Assembly (NCBI GenBank): GCA_016839815.1
Contig: JAEOTM010000074.1
Coordinates: forward strand, 1-19,030
Source of the DNA: Candidatus Hodarchaeota archaeon
Lineage (GTDB): Archaea; Asgardarchaeota; Heimdallarchaeia; Hodarchaeales; Hodarchaeaceae
Reading direction: 5' to 3'
DNA length: 19,030 nucleotides
Shown here: positions 8,500 to 16,772 of the stretch, one piece after another
How positions within the stretch are numbered: position 1 is the stretch's first letter
Layout of the letters: each line of letters begins with the position of its first letter
Notes under the pieces: generated by a model
Told to the model about the DNA's origin: nothing
Database searches by the model: none
Seen by the model: the letters and a program-made list of their open reading frames with translations, nothing else
Translations under genes and position numbers: made by a program

Positions 8500-8511
8500 T
8501 TTTATATAAAA
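8500..8511. promoter_or_regulatory. Palindromic TATA box between the divergent AOR and bzd operons
   Basis: TTTTATATAAAA perfect palindrome within the near-palindrome ACTTTTATATAAAAAGT (8498-8514), preceded on the + strand by purine-rich BRE-like AAATGAAA. Confidence 0.5.
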
Positions 8512-8596
8512 AGTATCACATAGTGAATCCTTATCAGCCACAAGGCATATATATAGTAAGACTGAGTTATAGTTGAAAAAAATGGAGGGTTCCTTT

Positions 8597-8836
8597 GTGT
8601 CGGAAGCTCCTGACAAACAGCTAAAACGTATAGAAAATATGGTGAATAGCGTGAATGAGCCAGTAGAAGAGTTACATTCGGAATTCATTGTCAAAGGATA
8701 TGAAATGATTGACAGAGAAGTAAAGCAAAGTGGGAATACGGGCCGAGTCTATTTACCGAAAAATTGGATTGGATCTAAAGTTAAGATTATACGTGTTTCA
8801 AAAATTAAGGAAAATTCAGGTCAAGGTAAGGAGTGA
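8597..8836 (+). CDS. DUF2080-family small protein (AbrB-like, putative DNA-binding)
   Basis: GYEMIDREVKQSGNTGRVYLPKNWIGSKVKIIRV matches the DUF2080 pattern; GTG 8597 follows a GGAGGG SD (alternative starts 8573 or 8582). Confidence 0.8.
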   Translation: MSEAPDKQLKRIENMVNSVNEPVEELHSEFIVKGYEMIDREVKQSGNTGRVYLPKNWIGSKVKIIRVSKIKENSGQGKE

Positions 8837-9321
8837 TAAACGAATATCTCGAGATGATCATTATGAGCACAAACGACGATATTACGGTTAGAAAAATGAA
8901 AGATTCAGATATTGATTCAATCGTTTCTTTAGATAAAAGTATCTCTGGTGTCCTCCGTCCTGAAATGTGGAAATCTGAAATAATGCATTATCTGAATAAT
9001 AATAGCATAAGTCTTGTTGCTGAAATTCAGAAGCAAGTAGTAGGATTTATGATCGGTACTGTGCATCCTTGGCTCTTTGGTATCGAGAACGGTGGTTGGA
9101 TTGAAGTTTTAGGAGTACATCCAGAACACACAGCAAAAGGAGTGGGAAAAAAACTAGGCAATACACTTTTTGAAGTATTCAAGGTCCAAGGAGTTCATAT
9201 TGTTTATACCTGCGTTGAATGGACTTCAAGTGACTTGTTGGAATTTTTCAGAACCTTGGAAATGACAAAAAGCAACTTTATTACGCTAATGAAAGAATTA
9301 CAAGAAAGGAAAATTGACTAG
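8833..9321 (+). CDS. GNAT N-acetyltransferase, BadL-like
   Basis: LVAE...VVGFMIG, WIEVLGVHPEHTAKGVGKKL acetyl-CoA motif A, and TCVEW...LLEFF; immediately upstream of bzdN. True start may be ATG 8863. Confidence 0.85.
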   Translation: MINEYLEMIIMSTNDDITVRKMKDSDIDSIVSLDKSISGVLRPEMWKSEIMHYLNNNSISLVAEIQKQVVGFMIGTVHPWLFGIENGGWIEVLGVHPEHTAKGVGKKLGNTLFEVFKVQGVHIVYTCVEWTSSDLLEFFRTLEMTKSNFITLMKELQERKID

Positions 9322-9386
9322 AACACTAAAAACAGTTAATGATAAAATGACTAATGAATCAAAATGAAAATCTAGGAGTCTAGATC

Positions 9387-10538
9387 ATGGTAACAGTGCA
9401 GATGAAAAAGAAAGAAGTCTTTGACCAGTTCAAAGATTGGTATGAAACTCGTCATGAATATGCAAAAGCATGGAAGGAAAAGACTGGTGGTAAAGTTATG
9501 GGCTATTTCTGTACTTACGTACCAGAAGAGATTCTCTATGCTGCAGAAATACTTCCAGTGCGGATTCTAGGTAGTCACGAACCTCAAGACGTAACAGAAC
9601 CACATATTTTCGCGATGTTCTGTCCTTTTTGTCGTGATTGTCTTGCGCAAGGACTAAAAGGTCGTTTTGACTATCTAGATGGAATTATGATTGCTCAAAG
9701 TTGTCTTCATATTAGACAGGCTTACACCAGTTGGGATCTTCATATTCCAACTGATTATAGTTACTATTTACCTCATCCAATGCATGTCCAAAGTCCTCGC
9801 GCAATCCCATATCTCCGAGAGGAGTTAATTCGATTCAAAAAATCTGTTGAGGAATGGATAGGGAAACCTATTACTGATGAGGATTTAAAACGTGGAATCG
9901 AATTAATGAATAAAAATCGACGCTTAATGAAAGAAGTATATGAGCTTAGAAAGAGACCTAACCCACCTCTCACTGGATTAGAAGCAATGTATATGGTCGT
10001 GTCAAGTCAAATGACTGATAAACATGAACATAACCGTGAGTTAGAAATAATTTTACAAGAACTTTCTAAACGTGATATAGGTGACCCTGGTGAAAGGTTA
10101 ATGATAATTGGATCTGAGGATGATGATACTGAGTTTTTAGCAATGGTTGAAGATCTAGGGGCAACTTTTGTAACAGATGATCATTGCACAGGTACTCGCT
10201 ATTTCTATGAAGAAATTAACCAAACTGGGGATTTAATGACTGCAATCGCAGAAAGATATGTGAAACGGGTTCCCTGTCCAAGTAAAGATTGGCCAGAACG
10301 CACTAGACTTGATCATATTATGCGAATGAGCAAAGAATATGATGTCCAAGGAGCAATACTAGTTCAACAAAAATTCTGTGATCCACATGAATTAGATATT
10401 CCTAAAATAAAGGAAGAATTAGAAAAAAATGGTCTCACAACGCTATTTCTAGAATTTGATGTTACAGTTCCAATCGGCCAATTTAAAACCCGTGTAGAGG
10501 CATTTCTTGAAATAATGCGGGAGGAAGATTTGTTTTAG
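9387..10538 (+). CDS. bzdN: Benzoyl-CoA reductase, bzd-type, subunit N
   Basis: [67 protein letters not shown] and QKFCDPHE; first gene of an N-O-P-Q run. Confidence 0.92.
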   Translation: MVTVQMKKKEVFDQFKDWYETRHEYAKAWKEKTGGKVMGYFCTYVPEEILYAAEILPVRILGSHEPQDVTEPHIFAMFCPFCRDCLAQGLKGRFDYLDGIMIAQSCLHIRQAYTSWDLHIPTDYSYYLPHPMHVQSPRAIPYLREELIRFKKSVEEWIGKPITDEDLKRGIELMNKNRRLMKEVYELRKRPNPPLTGLEAMYMVVSSQMTDKHEHNRELEIILQELSKRDIGDPGERLMIIGSEDDDTEFLAMVEDLGATFVTDDHCTGTRYFYEEINQTGDLMTAIAERYVKRVPCPSKDWPERTRLDHIMRMSKEYDVQGAILVQQKFCDPHELDIPKIKEELEKNGLTTLFLEFDVTVPIGQFKTRVEAFLEIMREEDLF

Positions 10539-10549
10539 GAGGAAATAAA

Positions 10550-11863
10550 ATGAGTACAGCAAAATATTCTACTGAAAGATTGAAAAGCTGGGGAAAGGCA
10601 AAGACACTTCGAGAGAATTATTACAAGGATTTCGCAGAAGCTCATGAAAAAGGAGGAATTCGCTGGGCTGGAGGTGCTTGGTCTTTTGACGCCATTCCTG
10701 CTGGTCTAGGAGAAGATGTATGGTGTTTAACAGGAGAACCTTATGGAGCAACTGTGGCATTTAATAAAGATTTAGCACAGGAATGCCAAGAAGCTATCGA
10801 AACAAAAGGATTTGCAAGAGACCTTTGTTCGTATATGCGGAATTATTGGGGATCAGTTATCCTTAATAAATATGCTTGGCCACAATACTCCGAGGAATTC
10901 CCGAAACCTGATTTTATGTGGCAAGATCATATTTGTTGTTCACATGCAAAGTGGTATCAGGTTGCTAGTGATCTTGAAGGAGGGATTCCAACCTTTAACA
11001 TTGATGTTTCAGTAGGTCCTTATGAGGAATTAACAGAAAGTAGACTAAACTATATTGTTGGCCAAATGCATGATGGAATAAAGTGGTTAGAAAAGACTAC
11101 AGGAAGAGATTATGATGATGAACTTCTGATCAAAGCAGTTCATAATGAATTCCGTGCTTGTTATTATTGGGCAGCCATTTGTGAATTAAACAAAACAATA
11201 CCTGCACCATTAGATGAAAAATCTATGTATTCTCTGTATGTATTAGGCACGTTAAGAAAATCATCACAATGGACTGCAGATTTCTATGAGAAAGAGCTTT
11301 ACCCTGAAGTTAAAAATCGTGTAGAGCGTCAAATTGCCGCTGTTGAAAATGAACAATGTCGTATCATGACTGACACCCAACCTCCATGGGCTTTTCTTAA
11401 AGTATTCCGTTATCTAGAGAAATATGGATGTGTATCAATAGGAAGTCTGTATACTTTCGCGCTCATTGGTTTATGGGAAGATAAAGAAGATGGAAGTTGG
11501 GGACCGAGATCAATACCTGATATTGAGATTACAAACCGTGACGAAGCCTTACGAGCTCTTGCTGAATGGAATTTAAGCAAACCTGAATGGCAGCATTTTT
11601 ATCATCCAAAATTTAAATCTGAAATGATGATTAGGATTGCACGTGAATGGAAACTTGATGGAGTTCTTCTACACTTCAATAGAGGTTGTGAGGGTTTAAG
11701 CCTTGGTATAGCAGAAAATCGTTTAGCGATTCAAAAAGCTGGATTTCCAGTAATGCCATTTGAAGGTAATATGGGAGATGAAAGAGAGTTCGATCTTACT
11801 AGAACTATGATTCGAATAGACGCATTTATGGAAAGCCTTGGGATGAAGAAATTAGTGGATTAA
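10550..11863 (+). CDS. bzdO: Benzoyl-CoA reductase, bzd-type, subunit O
   Basis: [50 protein letters not shown] and [12 protein letters not shown]. Confidence 0.92.
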   Translation: MSTAKYSTERLKSWGKAKTLRENYYKDFAEAHEKGGIRWAGGAWSFDAIPAGLGEDVWCLTGEPYGATVAFNKDLAQECQEAIETKGFARDLCSYMRNYWGSVILNKYAWPQYSEEFPKPDFMWQDHICCSHAKWYQVASDLEGGIPTFNIDVSVGPYEELTESRLNYIVGQMHDGIKWLEKTTGRDYDDELLIKAVHNEFRACYYWAAICELNKTIPAPLDEKSMYSLYVLGTLRKSSQWTADFYEKELYPEVKNRVERQIAAVENEQCRIMTDTQPPWAFLKVFRYLEKYGCVSIGSLYTFALIGLWEDKEDGSWGPRSIPDIEITNRDEALRALAEWNLSKPEWQHFYHPKFKSEMMIRIAREWKLDGVLLHFNRGCEGLSLGIAENRLAIQKAGFPVMPFEGNMGDEREFDLTRTMIRIDAFMESLGMKKLVD

Positions 11864-11876
11864 GAGTGGTGAAATT

Positions 11877-12668
11877 TTGATGACAACAATTGGAATTGAT
11901 TTAGGAGCAAAAAATACCAAAGTGGTGATATTGAGAGATAATGAGATTCTAACTACTGCTTCAGTCTTGAGTGGTTTTGATCAAAAAGCTTCTGCTGATG
12001 AAGCAATAGAGAAAGCAATTAATCAAGTTGGAATGTCTCGAGATGATATTAAATATATCACAGCAACAGGTGCAGGAGTTGATGCCATTAATTTTGCAAA
12101 TGAGACGGTGACTGAGATTAGTGCGAATGCCCGTGGTATATTCACAGTTTTTCCTTCTGTACGTACTGTAATAGATGTAGGGGCTGAAGAAGGAAGAGCA
12201 ATTCGCTTAAACGACAATGGAAAAGTCTTAGATTTTGGAATAAATGAGAAATGTGCTGCTGGAGCGGGTGCCTTTACTGAAGCAATGGCTCGAGCCTTGG
12301 AAGTAGATCTAGAAAAAATGGGAGAAATGTCATTAAAATCCACAAAAACAGTACCTATGAATGCACAATGTACTATCTTCGCTGAATCCGAAGTAGTTTC
12401 ATTAATCCACCAAAAAACACCAAAACAAGATATTATTCGTGCTGTACATGACGCAATAGCAGATCGAATTACTAGTATGGCTCGTAGAGTAGGTATTGAA
12501 AAAGAAGTAGCATTGACTGGTGGTGTAGCAAACAATATTGGTTTCGTCGATTCGATGAAAAGAAACTTAGGCTTTGAACTTTTGGTACCTAAGGATCCAG
12601 TTGTGCCAGAATTCATATCTGCTTATGGAGCTGCACTTATAGCTCAAGATAGAATAAATGGAGGATAA
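11877..12668 (+). CDS. bzdP: Benzoyl-CoA reductase, bzd-type, ATPase subunit P
   Basis: ASKHA ATPase motifs GIDLGAKNTK, IDVGAEEGR, NEKCAAGAG and NAQCTIFAESE; located between bzdO and bzdQ. Confidence 0.9.
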   Translation: MMTTIGIDLGAKNTKVVILRDNEILTTASVLSGFDQKASADEAIEKAINQVGMSRDDIKYITATGAGVDAINFANETVTEISANARGIFTVFPSVRTVIDVGAEEGRAIRLNDNGKVLDFGINEKCAAGAGAFTEAMARALEVDLEKMGEMSLKSTKTVPMNAQCTIFAESEVVSLIHQKTPKQDIIRAVHDAIADRITSMARRVGIEKEVALTGGVANNIGFVDSMKRNLGFELLVPKDPVVPEFISAYGAALIAQDRINGG

Positions 12669-13554
12669 AAGTTTGGCTAATTCAGAAAGTACAGATTATT
12701 GGAGATGGACTGAATCACGTTGGACCAATCCAGATCTTGATTGGAAAGATAGTGATATTATTTCAGCAGGGGTTGATGTTGGATCAGTGAGTACACAATC
12801 AGTTGTGATGGTTGATGGTGAAATTTATTGTTATGCAAATATGAGAACTGGTAGTGATAGTCCCGATAGTGCAAATAGGTCTATGAATTGGGCATTAGAA
12901 GGCACTGGACTTCCAGTAGAAAAAATTGGATATGCAGTTGGAACGGGTTATGGGAGAGTGAACGTACCTTTCGCAAAACGAGCTATTACAGAAATTGCAT
13001 GCCATGCGCGTGGGGCTAACTTCATGTACGGCCCCTCAATCAGAACAGTATTAGATATGGGAGGTCAAGACTGTAAAGCAATACGATGCGACCACCGAGG
13101 TAAAGTTACTGCGTTTCTAATGAATGATAAATGCGCAGCTGGAACTGGGAGAGGTATGGAAGTATTCGCAGATCTTCTTCAAGTTCATATTAACAATGTA
13201 GGAGAAATGTCTTTAGTAGACGAAGAACCAGAACCAGTGAGTAGTACTTGTGTGGTATTTGCTAAATCTGAAGCAGTAGCTCTTTTGCGAAAAGGATGGT
13301 CTAAGGAAAAAGTCTTAGCTGCATATTGTGGGGCAATGGCTCATCGTGTAGTAACTCTTCTGGAGCAACTTGGTGTTGAAAATGATTTCGCTATTACTGG
13401 TGGGATCGCTAAGAATATTGGTGTTGTATCACGAATTGAAAAGGAATTGAAAATAACTGCTCCAGAACCAGATATTGATCCACAGCTTGCTGGTGCAATA
13501 GGTGGTGCCTTGTTTGGGAAAGCTTTGGTCGAAAAGGCCAGAAAAAAGGCTTAA
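12658..13554 (+). CDS. bzdQ: Benzoyl-CoA reductase, bzd-type, ATPase subunit Q
   Basis: N-terminal YWRWTESRW extension typical of BzdQ; GVDVGSVSTQ, LDMGGQDCK, MNDKCAAGTGRG and SSTCVVFAKSE. Confidence 0.92.
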   Translation: MEDKSLANSESTDYWRWTESRWTNPDLDWKDSDIISAGVDVGSVSTQSVVMVDGEIYCYANMRTGSDSPDSANRSMNWALEGTGLPVEKIGYAVGTGYGRVNVPFAKRAITEIACHARGANFMYGPSIRTVLDMGGQDCKAIRCDHRGKVTAFLMNDKCAAGTGRGMEVFADLLQVHINNVGEMSLVDEEPEPVSSTCVVFAKSEAVALLRKGWSKEKVLAAYCGAMAHRVVTLLEQLGVENDFAITGGIAKNIGVVSRIEKELKITAPEPDIDPQLAGAIGGALFGKALVEKARKKA

Positions 13555-13591
13555 AAGTTTAGCTAATCTTTAAAATAAAGTGAGGAAAAAT

Positions 13592-13879
13592 ATGAAAGCG
13601 AATTACGGCTATAAGGATGGTTCGGGAGATTATTATATTACTATCGACACAGAACTCTGCGATGGTTGTGCTAAATGTGTTGGAGTTTGTCCTGAAAAAG
13701 TCTTGGAAGTAGTGGAAAATGAATTGGATCCTTTAGCAGAGGATTTAGTTGCAAGAGTTACTGAAGAACATCGGAAGAAAATTAAATATTCCTGTGCTCC
13801 ATGTAAACCCACTACAGGGCCAGTAGAACTCCCTTGTGTTACTATTTGTGAACCTAGTGCAATTACACATTCATGGTAG
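13592..13879 (+). CDS. bzdM: 2x[4Fe-4S] ferredoxin, BzdM-type electron donor to benzoyl-CoA reductase
   Basis: MKANYGYKDGSGDYYITIDT start; CDGCAKCVGVCP and CAPC-x10-CVTIC clusters; ends ITHSW; ATG 13592 follows a GAGG SD. Confidence 0.85.
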   Translation: MKANYGYKDGSGDYYITIDTELCDGCAKCVGVCPEKVLEVVENELDPLAEDLVARVTEEHRKKIKYSCAPCKPTTGPVELPCVTICEPSAITHSW

Positions 13880-13958
13880 AATCATCCCTTTAATTACTGG
13901 CGTTTTAATCTTCTGAGAGCTATAAAACTTGAAAAAATCACTTTGAGAGTTCAAACAT

Positions 13959-16490
13959 ATGGAAAAAGTCTATCTTAAGATAAATGATGTCGAATTCTTA
14001 GTTAATAAAGGAATTTCCATTTTAGAAGCTGCTCAGGTTTCTGGGATTTATATTCCCAGACTTTGTACACATCCAGATTTATTATCAGCTCAAGAACTGA
14101 AACCCATTGAAGTTGTATATCAAGGTAATATTCAATATAAGAATGATTATTCAATGTCATCACAAGAACATGAAGGTTGTCAACTCTGTATTGTGAAAAT
14201 GGAAGGAGAAGAAGAATTAATAACATCATGTAATAGACTAATAGAAGAAAATACTACTGTTTGGACAAATACTCCTGAAATTATTGACTATCGAAGAGAA
14301 AAATTAAAACAAATTCTTTCAAAACATCGTCATGCTTGTTTAACTTGTGCTCAACAGGCAGGTTGTAGTCGTGAACCTTGTTCGACTAATGTACCAGTTG
14401 AAGAACGATGTTGTCCTGAATTTGGAAGATGTGAATTGCAAAAAGTAGCAGAATACATCGGAATTAAGCACGAAACTCCTCGTTATCAACCAAAGGAACT
14501 CCAAATCCTTGATGATGAACCTCTTTTCATAAGAAATTATGAGTTATGTATAGGTTGTACCAGGTGTGTTAGAATATGTAAAGACGTTAAAGGGGTTGAT
14601 GCGCTAGGGTTTGTTTTCTATAATGGTGAAGTGATCATAGGTAGCATAGCACCCACATTAAAAGAATCAGGTTGCAAATTCTGCGGTGCTTGCGTCGAAG
14701 TATGTCCTACAGGAGCATTATCGGACAAAGACATTCTTTGGGCTGAGCGTGAAAGTACTCTTGTCCCATGTCGTGATACTTGCCCTTTAGGAGCTGATGT
14801 TCCACGCTATATTCGTCATATTGCTGACAGAGATTTTGAAGAAGCGGTTGCAGTCATTCGTGAGAAGACTCCATTACCTTACGTTCTTGGAAGGGTTTGT
14901 TTTCATGCGTGTGAGAATAAATGCCGTCGAAATTTAATAAATTGTTCAATTGCTATCTGTGCACTCAAACGTTTTGCATTGGAAAATGACACAGGGATAT
15001 GGAAATCGAAAATAATCTCCGGACCTGCAACAGGGAGAAAAATAGCTATTATTGGTTCAGGACCGGCTGGACTTACTGCTGCTTATTATTTAACGAGAAT
15101 AGGCCATTCATTAACAGTATTTGAAGCGGAATCAGAAGTCGGCGGGATGATGAGCTTCGGGATACCAGAATTTAGATTACCTCGTGATATTCTACAGAAA
15201 GATATCGACTACATATTGAGTATGGGTATTGAAATCAAGGTTAATCAAGCCATTGGAAAACAGATAACCCTTAGTTCTTTATTTTCTTTAGGCTATAATG
15301 CAATTTTTCTTGCAATTGGTGCTCAAGAAGCAAAAAAGCTTAAGGACAAAAGTATGGAGCATGAAGATGTACTTTGGGGTTTAGAATTTCTAAAAGACGT
15401 AAACAAAGGTAAACCAATAGAAGTTAAAGATCATGTCCTAGTCATAGGTGGAGGAAATGTAGCAATGGATGTAGCATTAACGACACTCCGTCTAGGTGCG
15501 AAAACGGTTAAAGTGGTTTGTTTAGAATCAAGAGAAGAAATGCCAGCTCACGAATGGGAAATAAAAGAAATATTAGAGGAGGAAATTGAGCTTAATTGTT
15601 CATGGGGACCTAAAAAAGTTCTTGAAAAAAATGGAAAAGTAACTGGAGTGGAGTTAATTAAGTGTACTAATGTTTTTGATGATAAAGGGAATTTTAATCC
15701 AACTTTTAATGAAAACATAATTAATATTATTGAAACCGACATGGTAATACTCGCGATTGGTCAAAATGCAGATTTAAGCACCTTAGAAGATGAGGATGAA
15801 ATCATAGTTTCTCAAGGAGGATTAATTGGTATAAATGAAACAAACTTTGAAACTACATTGTCAGGAGTTTTTGCGGGAGGTGAAGTCACAGAGGGACCAA
15901 TTTCTGTTGTTGAAGCTATCGAAATAGGTAGGAAAGCCGCTAGTTCAATTGACAGGTATTTAGGAGGAATAGGAGAAATTGACCAGAAAATTGCTGAATA
16001 TAAAACTCCCAACACTTGGTTAGGTCGTGATGAGGGCTTCTATGAAAAGCAACGAGTTTCAATGCCGACAATACCGTTGTCAGATCGCTCGAAAAGCTTT
16101 GATGAAGTAGAACTGGGTTATTCTGAAGAAATGGCTGTCGAAGAAGCGAATCGGTGCTTGAATTGTGACTTAAGATTACTTATTTCGCCTGTAGAATTTC
16201 CTCCTGAAAAATGGTTAGAACTATCGATAGAAAATATTCAAGACATCCCTGAATGTGAAGGCGCAGTTCAACTTCTTGATGAAAATAAACAGATTATTCT
16301 AATTAAAGGAACTCCTAACTTAAGGCAAATACTGAAAGAACAGCTAAAATCTGTAGTAAATGCACGTTACTTTGGGATTGAGGAAGATCCGATGTATACA
16401 AAAAAGGAAAGCGAACTATTACAGCAGTATATGCAACAGTTTGGTAAAATGCCGGAAGGAAATGAAGAATTAGATGATGATCTATTTTAG
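13959..16490 (+). CDS. bzdV: BzdV-like NAD(P)H:ferredoxin oxidoreductase (NuoG-like Fe-S N-terminus + GltD/SudA flavin module + C-terminal extra domain)
   Basis: IPRLC...GCQLC...TSC [2Fe-2S]; HRHACLTC; CIGCTRCVRIC and CKFCGACVEVCP; PCRDTCP, GRVCFHACE, IIGSGPAGL, VIGGGNVAMD, EANRCLNC; follows bzdM. Confidence 0.78.
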   Translation: MEKVYLKINDVEFLVNKGISILEAAQVSGIYIPRLCTHPDLLSAQELKPIEVVYQGNIQYKNDYSMSSQEHEGCQLCIVKMEGEEELITSCNRLIEENTTVWTNTPEIIDYRREKLKQILSKHRHACLTCAQQAGCSREPCSTNVPVEERCCPEFGRCELQKVAEYIGIKHETPRYQPKELQILDDEPLFIRNYELCIGCTRCVRICKDVKGVDALGFVFYNGEVIIGSIAPTLKESGCKFCGACVEVCPTGALSDKDILWAERESTLVPCRDTCPLGADVPRYIRHIADRDFEEAVAVIREKTPLPYVLGRVCFHACENKCRRNLINCSIAICALKRFALENDTGIWKSKIISGPATGRKIAIIGSGPAGLTAAYYLTRIGHSLTVFEAESEVGGMMSFGIPEFRLPRDILQKDIDYILSMGIEIKVNQAIGKQITLSSLFSLGYNAIFLAIGAQEAKKLKDKSMEHEDVLWGLEFLKDVNKGKPIEVKDHVLVIGGGNVAMDVALTTLRLGAKTVKVVCLESREEMPAHEWEIKEILEEEIELNCSWGPKKVLEKNGKVTGVELIKCTNVFDDKGNFNPTFNENIINIIETDMVILAIGQNADLSTLEDEDEIIVSQGGLIGINETNFETTLSGVFAGGEVTEGPISVVEAIEIGRKAASSIDRYLGGIGEIDQKIAEYKTPNTWLGRDEGFYEKQRVSMPTIPLSDRSKSFDEVELGYSEEMAVEEANRCLNCDLRLLISPVEFPPEKWLELSIENIQDIPECEGAVQLLDENKQIILIKGTPNLRQILKEQLKSVVNARYFGIEEDPMYTKKESELLQQYMQQFGKMPEGNEELDDDLF

Positions 16491-16523
16491 ATCAAACGAA
16501 CAAGTAAGAAGAATAGAATAAAA

Positions 16524-16772
16524 TTGACAAACGATAAAAAAGAGAAGAAATCTCAAATAGAGAAGGAGGGATGGGTTAGGAAATTTACTGTAGAAGAAAA
16601 TCGAGTAGATGAATACAAAGAATTATATGAGTCATTAGGGCAAGAAGTTATGGTAACAGCAGTTAATCCGAGTGAAATTGAAGGATGCGTAGAATGTTTT
16701 AAGGTTGAATGTGATAAATATCGTACGATCTATACTCGATCAAAAAAAAGTGAAGAAAAATTAATACTTTGA
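16524..16772 (+). CDS. Small hypothetical CxxC protein, last gene of the bzd operon
   Basis: 82 aa, EGWVRKF...ELYESLGQEV...GCVECFK...YRTIYTR; co-directional, 33 nt after bzdV; protein-like composition. Confidence 0.7.
   Translation: MTNDKKEKKSQIEKEGWVRKFTVEENRVDEYKELYESLGQEVMVTAVNPSEIEGCVECFKVECDKYRTIYTRSKKSEEKLIL

Noticed and set aside
8425-8694. 89-aa minus-strand ORF
   Set aside because: Overlaps the DUF2080 gene antisense and spans the divergent promoter; no motifs.
8573-8836. IS element implied by the 'transposase-associated' DUF2080 label
   Set aside because: No transposase/TnpB ORF, terminal repeats or target duplication nearby.
12023-12616. 197-aa antisense ORF, and the other short shadow ORFs (1115, 1966, 3149, 3470, 5701, 9773, 10569, 10812, 14002, 15548, 15812, 16956, 18290)
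   Set aside because: They lie within or mostly within well-supported genes, on the opposite strand or in another frame, with no recognisable motifs.
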